Part shown: piece after piece, positions 9,012 to 18,860 of the stretch
How positions within the stretch are numbered: position 1 is the first letter of the stretch
How the letters are laid out: every line of letters begins with the position of its first letter
Source: Candidatus Nomurabacteria bacterium
GTDB taxonomy: Bacteria > Patescibacteriota > Dojkabacteria > SC72 > JAHDCA01
Direction of reading: 5' to 3'
DNA: 64,000 nucleotides
Assembly: GCA_020632375.1 (NCBI GenBank)
Contig: JACKFR010000002.1
Span: forward strand, 51,995 to 115,994
The notes under the pieces: generated by a model
What the model was told of the DNA's origin: nothing
Database searches by the model: none
Seen by the model: the letters and a program-made list of their open reading frames with translations, nothing else
Position numbers and translations under genes: made by a program

Positions 9012-9057
9012 CCTCCCTCCGAACTATATTTCTCATAGAGGAAAAGTTCGGAGGGGG
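9012..9057 (-). terminator. Rho-independent terminator-like hairpin: CCTCCCTCCGAACT ... AGTTCGGAGGGGG, followed on the minus strand by ACAACTTTTATTCC.
   Basis: Stem of 11 bp plus 2 wobble pairs and a T-rich tail on the minus strand, lying between the small membrane-protein gene and the methyltransferase start. Confidence 0.4.
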
Positions 9058-9067
9058 TGAAAAAGAG

Positions 9068-9271
9068 TTATCTGGAAAGGAAATAGACCACTAGTAAAGC
9101 GATCCCAAGAATCAAGTATGCGTAATACACTTGTTTCCTTTGGAGATTTCTTACGTGCCTTATGGCTATACCTACGAGGGCATATAAAACGAAAAGCCAT
9201 TCCATTTCCATGAGATTCCTCCTCTGGTGCAGTTGTCCTTTCATATGAAAGAGACATGTCTTAAACCACAC
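9068..9271 (-). CDS. Small two-TM membrane protein (hypothetical).
   Basis: 67-aa ORF with two hydrophobic helices, WLFVLYALVGIAI and AYLILGIALLVVYF, separated by a basic loop. The start is uncertain. Confidence 0.3.
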   Translation of the reverse strand: MWFKTCLFHMKGQLHQRRNLMEMEWLFVLYALVGIAIRHVRNLQRKQVYYAYLILGIALLVVYFLSR

Positions 9272-9325
9272 CAGTCAAAGCCATCTCCCTTCCTCGCTAT
9301 AAAAGGTTCTTTAGAATGAGACTGA

Positions 9326-9586
9326 CTACTTCGTCAAAAGCCCTTTAAGCTTGTTTCCGTTGAGAATAAACACCAGTCCGATTATATAAGCAACTACACC
9401 CGCACCGATGATCAAGTCTGAAGCACCTACTAGACCAGTATCAACAGGCTTATGTCCTCCGTATGGAGAATAAGGCGAGTAAGGTGAATATGGAGATCCA
9501 TCTGCAAAAACAGCGCTGGCATTAGCTAAAAAAACAAAGCCAGTTGCCGTTATAATTCCACTAAATTTTGCCAATTTCTTAAACAT
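9326..9586 (-). CDS. Small secreted protein with (SPY)4 repeats and a C-terminal cell-wall sorting-signal-like tail (PVDTG, hydrophobic helix, basic tail).
   Basis: 86 aa. N-terminal signal peptide MFKKLAKFSGIITATGFVFLANASAVFA, then SPYSPYSPYSPY, then KPVDTG-LVGASDLIIGAGVVAYIIGLVFIL-NGNKLKGLLTK. The SPY codons vary synonymously (TCT CCA TAT / TCA CCT TAC / TCG CCT TAT). Confidence 0.5.
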   Translation of the reverse strand: MFKKLAKFSGIITATGFVFLANASAVFADGSPYSPYSPYSPYGGHKPVDTGLVGASDLIIGAGVVAYIIGLVFILNGNKLKGLLTK

Positions 9587-9840
9587 ATTTTTAAGCTATT
9601 AGTTAAGCTGGCTTATTATACGATAGAATATTTGAAAGGTCAATACTATGGGACTGCCCTGCCAGCTTATAGTGTGAGATGTGCTGGTGTGTAGTCGGCT
9701 CATGTCGCTATTGAAAGTTGAACCTGAATCGCTGATTTTCTATTTGACTTTATACTTGGTTAAGCGGTTAAAGCCAAAGGCTTGTCCTATAAAGGTGATT
9801 AATCATGAAGGGGCTAGGTGGCAGAGCACTCCGCCTTTAT

Positions 9841-10140
9841 TTAAGCAAACACTGCTCTTGCTCTGATTATATTTGAGTGGGTATAGAAATCTTCACTGAG
9901 GTTTTTCTGTTTACCGTTATCGTTATTTGAGCGGAACTCATTTAAAGTCATTTCGAAATTATGAACAGCTTTTGCTATGCTGTAATTTAATTTTCTGTTG
10001 TTGATCTCATCTAGTGCCTCTTGGGAGATTGCTATGAACTGCTCTACTCGTTTGTTGTTCTCTTCTTCAAGAAATCTCGCAATTCTTGCGATATTGTTGG
10101 ATAGGTCGAGATTAATTTCCTTTGTCGTTAGTTCGGACAT
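9841..10140 (-). CDS. Hypothetical protein
   Basis: 99-aa ORF. Its start overlaps the stop of the upstream small gene on the minus strand. Confidence 0.45.
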   Translation of the reverse strand: MSELTTKEINLDLSNNIARIARFLEEENNKRVEQFIAISQEALDEINNRKLNYSIAKAVHNFEMTLNEFRSNNDNGKQKNLSEDFYTHSNIIRARAVFA

Positions 10141-10466
10141 AGGTTGAATTCTTTTAATTGTTTATCTACTTCTGATCTTATTTTTGTAGATAGCACTTCT
10201 CGGCTTGGGTTGTTGTCATTTGTCCTTATATTAATAATAGAATCATAGTCTATTATGCCGGACTCAGTGTCTATTCCTTCTCCCCAAAGCGAACTCTGAT
10301 CTGATCAATTTTCAAGTAAAACAGACTCACCTTCAGCATGTCTCTGTCCACCAATCGTCATTATCCTTTTATCAATGTCCACAACGAATTTAAGATACCC
10401 TTCTAGGTCTTTTGAAGCAAGTTCAATATTCTTTTCGGAGGCTGGCTTTTTTAATAAAATTACCAT
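10128..10466 (-). pseudogene. Small conserved protein of about 110 aa (my recollection is a DUF5674-like family common in CPR), interrupted by an in-frame TGA at 10305-10307.
   Basis: My translation is MVILLKKPASEKNIELASKDLEGYLKFVVDIDKRIMTIGGQRHAEGESVLLEN*SDQSSLWGEGIDTESGIIDYDSIINIRTNDNNPSREVLSTKIRSEVDKQLKEFNLCPN. The reading frame is maintained across the TGA. Neither half is in the ORF track because each is under 60 aa. Confidence 0.4.
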
Positions 10467-10556
10467 GCTAGAGTATATCATCTAATGAAACCTCTTTAAC
10501 ACTGATACTTCGTTAGCTGCTGATTGCTGTATTGCGAGAATCCTTCCCACTATAAG

Positions 10557-11444
10557 TTAGCGGAACCGATAATGCCATCCCTCATAAGCATACCCTGTCT
10601 CTTCTTCTTTTCCTTCCGGGTATGACAGTGTAAACCCAAACTTCTCTGCATTTTCTGCAAGCCATTTCGCTGCAGTGGTTGAATTAAACGCTTCCCCTAC
10701 TACGTTTCCTATTTCAGGGGTGCTGAAGTCAACTGCAGTTCCAAGCTGGTGCTCGCTGTGCCCAGGTCTTGCGGATACCTGATCGGTGAGGCTTTGGTTG
10801 CCGCCATTGTATTGGAGCCAATAGTTATATGTGCTTTGCTGGGTTTGGTACGATCGGTATGCGGAGACTATTGTGAGGTCTATTCCATCGTCTTTTGCTG
10901 CCTGGAGCAGGTTTTGGAGTGGTTTGAGAGCTCGTCCCGCTAACCTATAGCCCGAGAAGGTGACTAGATCTGAGGGAACATAGTCAGCCGGTAGCTTGTA
11001 TTTTTTGTTTACTACTACATCTAGGTCGCTTGGGTCGCCTTGGACTGGCAGTATTTCGTCAGGATACTCCCACCAGTTTTTTTCTTCTACGGGGGGAGCT
11101 GTTTCGGCCTCCGTATCAGCTTCTTGTTTTGCGTCGACGCCATCGTTGTTTTGAGGATGTTCGGAAGGAGTATCGGCGCCATGGTTGTTTTGCGACTGTT
11201 CAGACGGTGCTTCCTGCTTTGTTGGCTCTGCTGGTTCTGTTGTCCCAACAGGATTTTCGCTGTCGACCTCTGAAGTGCTTGTGTCGGCAGAAGACTGGGC
11301 GGTCGGTTTCGGGACTTCGCTTTGTACCGGGGAAGCCGAAAGATCCAATACCGGCAAACCTATTGAGATTGATTGACTCAAAAGCCATATTGCCGCGGCA
11401 GTGCTGATTCCGATTAAGGCAATTAGAAGAAGTTTTGCTTTCAT
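10557..11444 (-). CDS. D-alanyl-D-alanine carboxypeptidase, VanY/peptidase M15B family, with a signal peptide and an acidic low-complexity linker.
   Basis: 295 aa. The C-terminal domain carries SAYRSYQTQ, SEHQLGTAVDF and EGWHYRF, which are the VanY zinc-binding motifs (HxxxxxxD, E/WHxR). Confidence 0.75.
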   Translation of the reverse strand: MKAKLLLIALIGISTAAAIWLLSQSISIGLPVLDLSASPVQSEVPKPTAQSSADTSTSEVDSENPVGTTEPAEPTKQEAPSEQSQNNHGADTPSEHPQNNDGVDAKQEADTEAETAPPVEEKNWWEYPDEILPVQGDPSDLDVVVNKKYKLPADYVPSDLVTFSGYRLAGRALKPLQNLLQAAKDDGIDLTIVSAYRSYQTQQSTYNYWLQYNGGNQSLTDQVSARPGHSEHQLGTAVDFSTPEIGNVVGEAFNSTTAAKWLAENAEKFGFTLSYPEGKEEETGYAYEGWHYRFR

Positions 11445-11447
11445 CCC

Positions 11448-12116
11448 TTATCTTTTGGCGTATCTAAAGATTCTTACAGGAGACTCCCAGTAGAGCTTAC
11501 AAGTGTATAGGATGAGATCGGCGTTGTAGTCGGTGATCTCAGTGTTTTCTTCTCCAGCGTAGATCTCGTATTCATATTTACGCTGCCCCCAGATGATTTC
11601 TATTTTGTCGCCGATCTTTGTATCGGGAAGCTTCAGAAATGAGATCTTTTTACGCTGTTCTGAATCCCAGAAAAGTGTCCCCCATCTGTGCGAAGCAATT
11701 ATTGTCGGTGAATCGGTTGTATCTGGTCGCCCGAAGTCTTCGACCACCCATGGCCCTTTTTTTAATGCGCTTTCCCAGTCAGATCCCTGTTGGAGTTCGG
11801 CATCAACTCCTATGCTTGAAATCTTAATGGAATTTGTTTTTGGCAAACTTGGGTCAAAAGGTGGGAGCTCATCTGAGGTATCTTTGTCATCATTGATGTA
11901 TTTTGCCCTTATGTCTGCGAATGTTTTCTGGTCTTTATCTAAATCTCCTGTTAAAGATTTGATCTCATTCTGATAAAGATGGGGAAAGATATTGTACAAA
12001 ACCGACGGCAAGATCGGTGTTAGAATAAGTATCCCGGCTGCTATCCAAAAGATGACCCCTATTCCGACATAGATGTTAAGGACTTTCGATAGTAGTTTTT
12101 TTTGTGACTTTTTCAT
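11448..12116 (-). CDS. Sortase (transpeptidase) with an N-terminal membrane anchor.
   Basis: 222 aa. Has the catalytic His context IIASHRWG, the TLxTC-type Cys motif LILYTCKLY and a downstream conserved Arg (RIFRYAKR). Lies 4 nt upstream of VanY in the same orientation. Confidence 0.7.
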   Translation of the reverse strand: MKKSQKKLLSKVLNIYVGIGVIFWIAAGILILTPILPSVLYNIFPHLYQNEIKSLTGDLDKDQKTFADIRAKYINDDKDTSDELPPFDPSLPKTNSIKISSIGVDAELQQGSDWESALKKGPWVVEDFGRPDTTDSPTIIASHRWGTLFWDSEQRKKISFLKLPDTKIGDKIEIIWGQRKYEYEIYAGEENTEITDYNADLILYTCKLYWESPVRIFRYAKR

Positions 12117-12249
12117 TAAATTCGCAGCGAAAGAGAACTTACTCGGTTAAAGTATTCTAGCATTTCTTTCGATTTGGTGCTGCTGCTGGCTATAGGTTAG
12201 CGTTAATAGGTGCTCTTGCCTAGCTTCAGCCGACTATAAGTTAGCGGGA

Positions 12250-15108
12250 TTAGAGGATTGCCATCGCAGAAACCTTATCCCCTTTTTTTGTGGACATCAC
12301 TTTCACCCCAGATGTTTGCCTACCTAGGGTTGGAATAGAGTTTATTTCAGATCTGATGACCTGGCCTTTTTCTGAGACTACAAATATCTCTGCATCAGGA
12401 TGGTCTAGAACTCTTGCGACTACAACGTTTCCTGTTTTGGCTGTCACTCTGAAAGTATAAATTCCTGATCCACCTCGTCCTTGTCTCCCATACTCATCAA
12501 GCTTTGTCATTTTGCCGTAGCCTTGCTCGGAAAGTGTGAAAAGCTGGTTCTCATTTGCCCTTACAGCGTTCATAGAAATTACTTTGTCATCTTCAAATTT
12601 GAATCGAATGCCTCTGACTCCCCGCGTCGCTCTACCAGTTGGACGAACATCTTTTTCGCTGAACCTTATTGAGCGTCCTTTTGTTGTAACTAAAATTACA
12701 TCATCGTCTCCGTCAGTTGGTGTCACCCACTGCAGCTGGTCGCCATCATCGAGTTTGATTGCAATCAAGCCGCTTGATCGAATTTTTTCAAAGTCTTTTA
12801 TGTCTGTTTTTTTGACTAACCCGGCCTCGGTCGCCATAAAGAGATACTTGAAAGTCTTTGAATCTACGACTTTGCTCTTATCTTGCTTCTCTTGAATTGC
12901 ATCTTCACTCATAAAGCCTTCTTTGTCTTGGGTCAAAACGCTTGTAACTAGCTCATCTTGATCAAGTTGGATAAGATTTACAAGAGGTAGTCCTTTGGCT
13001 GTTCGACTGTATTCAGGTACTTCATAGACTTTTGTCTTGAAAACGCGACCTTTGTTTGTGAAAAGCAAGAGGTTATCATGTGTACGGCATGAAAAGGCAT
13101 GTTTGATAAAGTCTTCTTCTTTTGTCGCTGCGCCCATGACCCCTTTCCCTCCTCTATGCTGAGCTTTGTAAGTGCTTGGCGGAAGCCGTTTTATATATCC
13201 TTCATGGCTGATGCTGACAAATGTTTCTTCATCAGGAACGAGGTCTTCTTCTGCAATCTCGTCGACATTGCCTTTAACAACTTTTGTCCGTCTGTCATCA
13301 CCGTATTTCTCAGCCATTTCTTTTAGCTCCTGGTCGATTACTTTAAGAACTTCTTCTTGGCTAGATAACACTTGGTTATACTCTTTTATTTTTGCTGTAA
13401 CGTCTTTAAATTCATTTTCAAGCTTCTCACGCTCAAGTGCAGCAAGTCTTCTTAGCTGCATATCGAGAATTGCTTGGGCCTGGACTTCAGTAAACTCGAA
13501 CTTGGTGATTAGGTTGTCTTTTGCTTCTTCTTGAGTTTTTGAGCCCCTAATTGTTGAAATAATTTCGTCAATGACATCAAGTGCTTTCAGATAACCTTCA
13601 AGGATATGTCCTCTATAGCGAGCTTGTGCGAGATCGTATTCATATCTTCTTATCGTGACCGTCATCCTGAAGCTCAAAAAGATTTCGAGCATCCGCTTTA
13701 GAGAGAGTGTTTGAGGCTCCTGGTCAACAAGTGAAAGCATGTTTGCATTAAATGCCATTTGCATTTGGGTGTACTTGTATAGCTTGTTAAGAACAGTTTT
13801 GGGCTGAGCGTCTTTTTTGAGGATTACGACTATTCTGATACCTTCCTTAAGGTTTGATTCGTCTCGTAAGTCGGCGATTCCAGTTACTTTCTTATCTTTT
13901 ACCAGGTCGGCAATCTTAGTCAAAAGTGTCGATTTATTGACTTGATACGGGATCTCTGTGACAAGAATATGCATTCTCCCCTTTTCTCCATCAACAATGC
14001 TCGCTTTCGCTCTCATTAATACTCTGCCTCTTCCTGTTGTGTAAGCATCAAGGATATCTTTGCGATTGTATATGGTTCCTCCTGTAGGAAAATCCGGCCC
14101 AGGAACTATCTCAATCAGCTCGTCTGGAGTTATTGCAGAAGAAAACTCAGGATATAAGGTTCTCTCCTCGGCTTCTTCCTCGGGAGACTCATTGAGCCTT
14201 GTTTTTATCTCTGTGACCTTTGTCTCGTAATCCGGGTCTGATGTGTTAACATAATTTTCAAAATAGTCTGCTGGAGTTGAATTGAGAGCCTGTGGGATCT
14301 TTTCTTCTTTCTCCCGTTCCAGTCTCAACTCATTGTAGATCGCATTTCCCTGCCACTTGTTTCCTTTCTTAATCATTTGATGAAGTGCCCCTACTACTTC
14401 ACGAAGGTTGTGAGGAGGTATTTTGGTAGCCATCCCTACAGCAATTCCATCACTTCCGTTACAGACTAGATTGGGGAAGAGCGTTGGCAATATGTCAGGT
14501 TCAACTCTGGTTCCGTCATAGTTTAGCGTGAACGTAACAGTCCCTTTTTCGAGATCTTGAAGCATTAAATTGGTAACTCTTGTCATTCTGGCTTCGGTAT
14601 AACGCATCGCTGCCGGAGGATCTCCGTCAATAGTTCCGAAGTTACCTTGTCCGTCTACTAGTGGATAGCGTGTAGCAAATTTCTGCGCCAACTTAACCAT
14701 CGTCGGATAGATCACCATTTCACCGTGAGGGTGATAGTTACCTGATGTGTCACCTGCGATTTTTGCAGATTTTCTGTAGTTTGCAGTCGGCTGGAGGTTC
14801 AAGTCTTTCATAGCAACCAGTATCCTCCTTTGTGACGGTTTCAACCCGTCTTTTGATTCTGGCAGCGCTCGTGCGACAATTACCGACATTGAGTAGTCGA
14901 GATAATTGCTTTTCATCTCTTTTACAATTGGCTGCTCAACAATTTCGCCAGGATTGAATTTGGGTTTGAAATCTAAAAAGCTGCTACCGTTATTGTCATG
15001 CTGTGAAGTCTCTTCTTCTGATATACTTTCAATATCCGAAATCTGTTGTTCAGTTTGTGCCCTTTCCAGTAGTTCTTCTTTTTTTGAAATTTTCTTTTTG
15101 TCTGCCAT
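12250..15108 (-). CDS. gyrA: DNA gyrase subunit A
   Basis: 952 aa. Contains the GyrA active-site region (…AAMRYTEARM…), GPDFPTGG, and a C-terminal beta-pinwheel with repeated GxxGxG-like blades. An acidic insertion of about 60-90 aa precedes GPDFPTGG. Confidence 0.95.
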   Translation of the reverse strand: MADKKKISKKEELLERAQTEQQISDIESISEEETSQHDNNGSSFLDFKPKFNPGEIVEQPIVKEMKSNYLDYSMSVIVARALPESKDGLKPSQRRILVAMKDLNLQPTANYRKSAKIAGDTSGNYHPHGEMVIYPTMVKLAQKFATRYPLVDGQGNFGTIDGDPPAAMRYTEARMTRVTNLMLQDLEKGTVTFTLNYDGTRVEPDILPTLFPNLVCNGSDGIAVGMATKIPPHNLREVVGALHQMIKKGNKWQGNAIYNELRLEREKEEKIPQALNSTPADYFENYVNTSDPDYETKVTEIKTRLNESPEEEAEERTLYPEFSSAITPDELIEIVPGPDFPTGGTIYNRKDILDAYTTGRGRVLMRAKASIVDGEKGRMHILVTEIPYQVNKSTLLTKIADLVKDKKVTGIADLRDESNLKEGIRIVVILKKDAQPKTVLNKLYKYTQMQMAFNANMLSLVDQEPQTLSLKRMLEIFLSFRMTVTIRRYEYDLAQARYRGHILEGYLKALDVIDEIISTIRGSKTQEEAKDNLITKFEFTEVQAQAILDMQLRRLAALEREKLENEFKDVTAKIKEYNQVLSSQEEVLKVIDQELKEMAEKYGDDRRTKVVKGNVDEIAEEDLVPDEETFVSISHEGYIKRLPPSTYKAQHRGGKGVMGAATKEEDFIKHAFSCRTHDNLLLFTNKGRVFKTKVYEVPEYSRTAKGLPLVNLIQLDQDELVTSVLTQDKEGFMSEDAIQEKQDKSKVVDSKTFKYLFMATEAGLVKKTDIKDFEKIRSSGLIAIKLDDGDQLQWVTPTDGDDDVILVTTKGRSIRFSEKDVRPTGRATRGVRGIRFKFEDDKVISMNAVRANENQLFTLSEQGYGKMTKLDEYGRQGRGGSGIYTFRVTAKTGNVVVARVLDHPDAEIFVVSEKGQVIRSEINSIPTLGRQTSGVKVMSTKKGDKVSAMAIL

Positions 15109-15150
15109 GTTAGAGTCTTTCTTCTCTACGCTAATTTAATAAACAAGATT

Positions 15151-15972
15151 TTACTTATCGATTTCTTTAAATACTGTTCCGTAGATGTAATCGTTAACAA
15201 GATACATGTAAGCCTGAACTAAGGGCCCGATTAAAACTACACAAAAGAGTGTAAAAATTGATGCGATTGCAGCAGCAATGTTTACAAGTATTACAACTAT
15301 TCCAGCTGTAAGGATTTCTTTCCTGTACTTTCCTAGAAGATCAAAAACATTGGTTGGGTTTAAAGCACTCAATATTGAATCAGTTTTAATATAAAGATAT
15401 TTAGCAATTGGAACGTATATTGCTCCAATGAAAAGTACTTCAGTTATTACAATTAGTGCTAAAATGATTACTCCAATTGCCCCCCCAAAAGTCGAAAATA
15501 TATTTAACCCAGACTCCACTGTTTTAAGCGCCCCTATCATAGCTACAAAGGCAAGTATTTCTAGCATGATCGCAAATCCCATCACAAGCCATGGAAATAG
15601 GTTTAGACAAAACATGTTAATCACACCCAACTTAAATTTCCTCCCAATATTTTTATGTAATGGCGTATAAGGAGTTTTGCCTTTTACAACATTCTTCATG
15701 GTCTCGAGGCTATATCCATAAGTGTAAATCGATGTAGGTAAGATTACTGCTAGATAGAGTGCAAAATAAACCCCTGAAGAAATAACCGACAAAACTGATG
15801 TGTCAGTGTACTTCAGGCTGGCGATATTCAACACACCTCCGGTTAAAAATTGCAGAAAGAAACTTACCATCTGTACTCCAATGAAAATTGTAAGATATAT
15901 ACCTACTCTTTTTATCCAGTCTTTCGGTTTAAACGCAAATTTAAAGGCTTCTACTACAGGGATCTTTCCCAT
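15151..15972 (-). CDS. Polytopic membrane protein (hypothetical) between gyrB and gyrA.
   Basis: 273-aa ORF with 6-7 hydrophobic helices. Confidence 0.55.
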   Translation of the reverse strand: MGKIPVVEAFKFAFKPKDWIKRVGIYLTIFIGVQMVSFFLQFLTGGVLNIASLKYTDTSVLSVISSGVYFALYLAVILPTSIYTYGYSLETMKNVVKGKTPYTPLHKNIGRKFKLGVINMFCLNLFPWLVMGFAIMLEILAFVAMIGALKTVESGLNIFSTFGGAIGVIILALIVITEVLFIGAIYVPIAKYLYIKTDSILSALNPTNVFDLLGKYRKEILTAGIVVILVNIAAAIASIFTLFCVVLIGPLVQAYMYLVNDYIYGTVFKEIDK

Positions 15973-15999
15973 TTGTAAATATTAAAAAAATTAACTATT

Positions 16000-17943
<1,944 letters not shown>

Positions 17944-18090
17944 TCAGATTATTTCACCCTATTGTCGCTAAATCAGGCTATTCTACTCTATTGAAGAGTA
18001 ACATTCAATTCAACAAGTAAGGCAGTGGAGTTAGGACTCTACGATTAATTCTCTTCCAAGGATAGCATATCTAGTTGTTGTCCAAAACCT

Positions 18091-18804
18091 TTAAATCTTT
18101 TTTCTTATGCTTAAGATTAGATTTTCAAGTGCAAGCTTTTTATTAACATTACGAGATATTCTTTCTTGAGCTTCGGAAACTTCATGAATATATCTTGAAA
18201 AGGTTTTAAGCTGCTTTGAGTTGCCCTGTCGTGCTGATTCTTTCATGGTCTGTCTGAGATAAGATAAAATTTCTAGTAAAAATGCTTTTACTGCAATGCC
18301 GTCTTCTTTATCAGTATTAATTATTTTGTCTATCTCTATAAATTGCTTATAAATTGGCAAGTTAAAAATCTCTGGTCTAGCTATATCCAGCGCACCTGCC
18401 TTCGGCTCTCTATCTGCCTTTACATAGTGTTTGATTGATCTTGAAATAATCGTGTCTAGAAGGTTCTTTTCATTATTTACTAAAAGATAGTAGTTTGTAG
18501 TTTCTGATTGCTCTTCAAGAGTTTTAAGAAGAGCATTTTGAGCTTCGGCTGTGAGATTTTGTGAGTAAAAGATTACTGCTAGTTGTTTTATCTCTTGAAA
18601 CGGCTGGAAAATCATCTCTTTCTGAAGGCTTTTAATGTCTTCAATTTTAATTGACTCTCCTTCTCCATTATCTATTATGTGAATATCAGGATTTCTAAAT
18701 AATTGCGCAATTGAATCGAAGTTTTTATCAATGTCTATATTGATTTTGTTTAGAAGGTAACTCCTTCTAAGAGTAACATTGGGGTGAATAATCATGTGAG
18801 TCAT
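18091..18804 (-). CDS. holB: DNA polymerase III delta-prime subunit-like (clamp-loader AAA+ without a P-loop).
   Basis: 237 aa. Contains AQNALLKTLEEQSETTNYYLLVNNEKNLLDTIISRSIKHYV, which matches the sensor-1/SRC region of delta-prime and tau. There is no N-terminal Walker A. Confidence 0.55.
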   Translation of the reverse strand: MTHMIIHPNVTLRRSYLLNKINIDIDKNFDSIAQLFRNPDIHIIDNGEGESIKIEDIKSLQKEMIFQPFQEIKQLAVIFYSQNLTAEAQNALLKTLEEQSETTNYYLLVNNEKNLLDTIISRSIKHYVKADREPKAGALDIARPEIFNLPIYKQFIEIDKIINTDKEDGIAVKAFLLEILSYLRQTMKESARQGNSKQLKTFSRYIHEVSEAQERISRNVNKKLALENLILSIRKKI

Positions 18805-18860
18805 GGCAGATTATACCAAATGGTTTCTGTCGTACATGATAGTGTATATAATGTGTAACT

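Noticed and set aside
12481-13534. Plus-strand ORFs inside gyrA (e.g. 12536..12895 and 13172..13534), and similar antisense ORFs inside gyrB, pilT, mutS and the ppsA-like gene.
   Set aside because: They are antisense to strongly supported conserved genes and have low-complexity translations. They are spurious.
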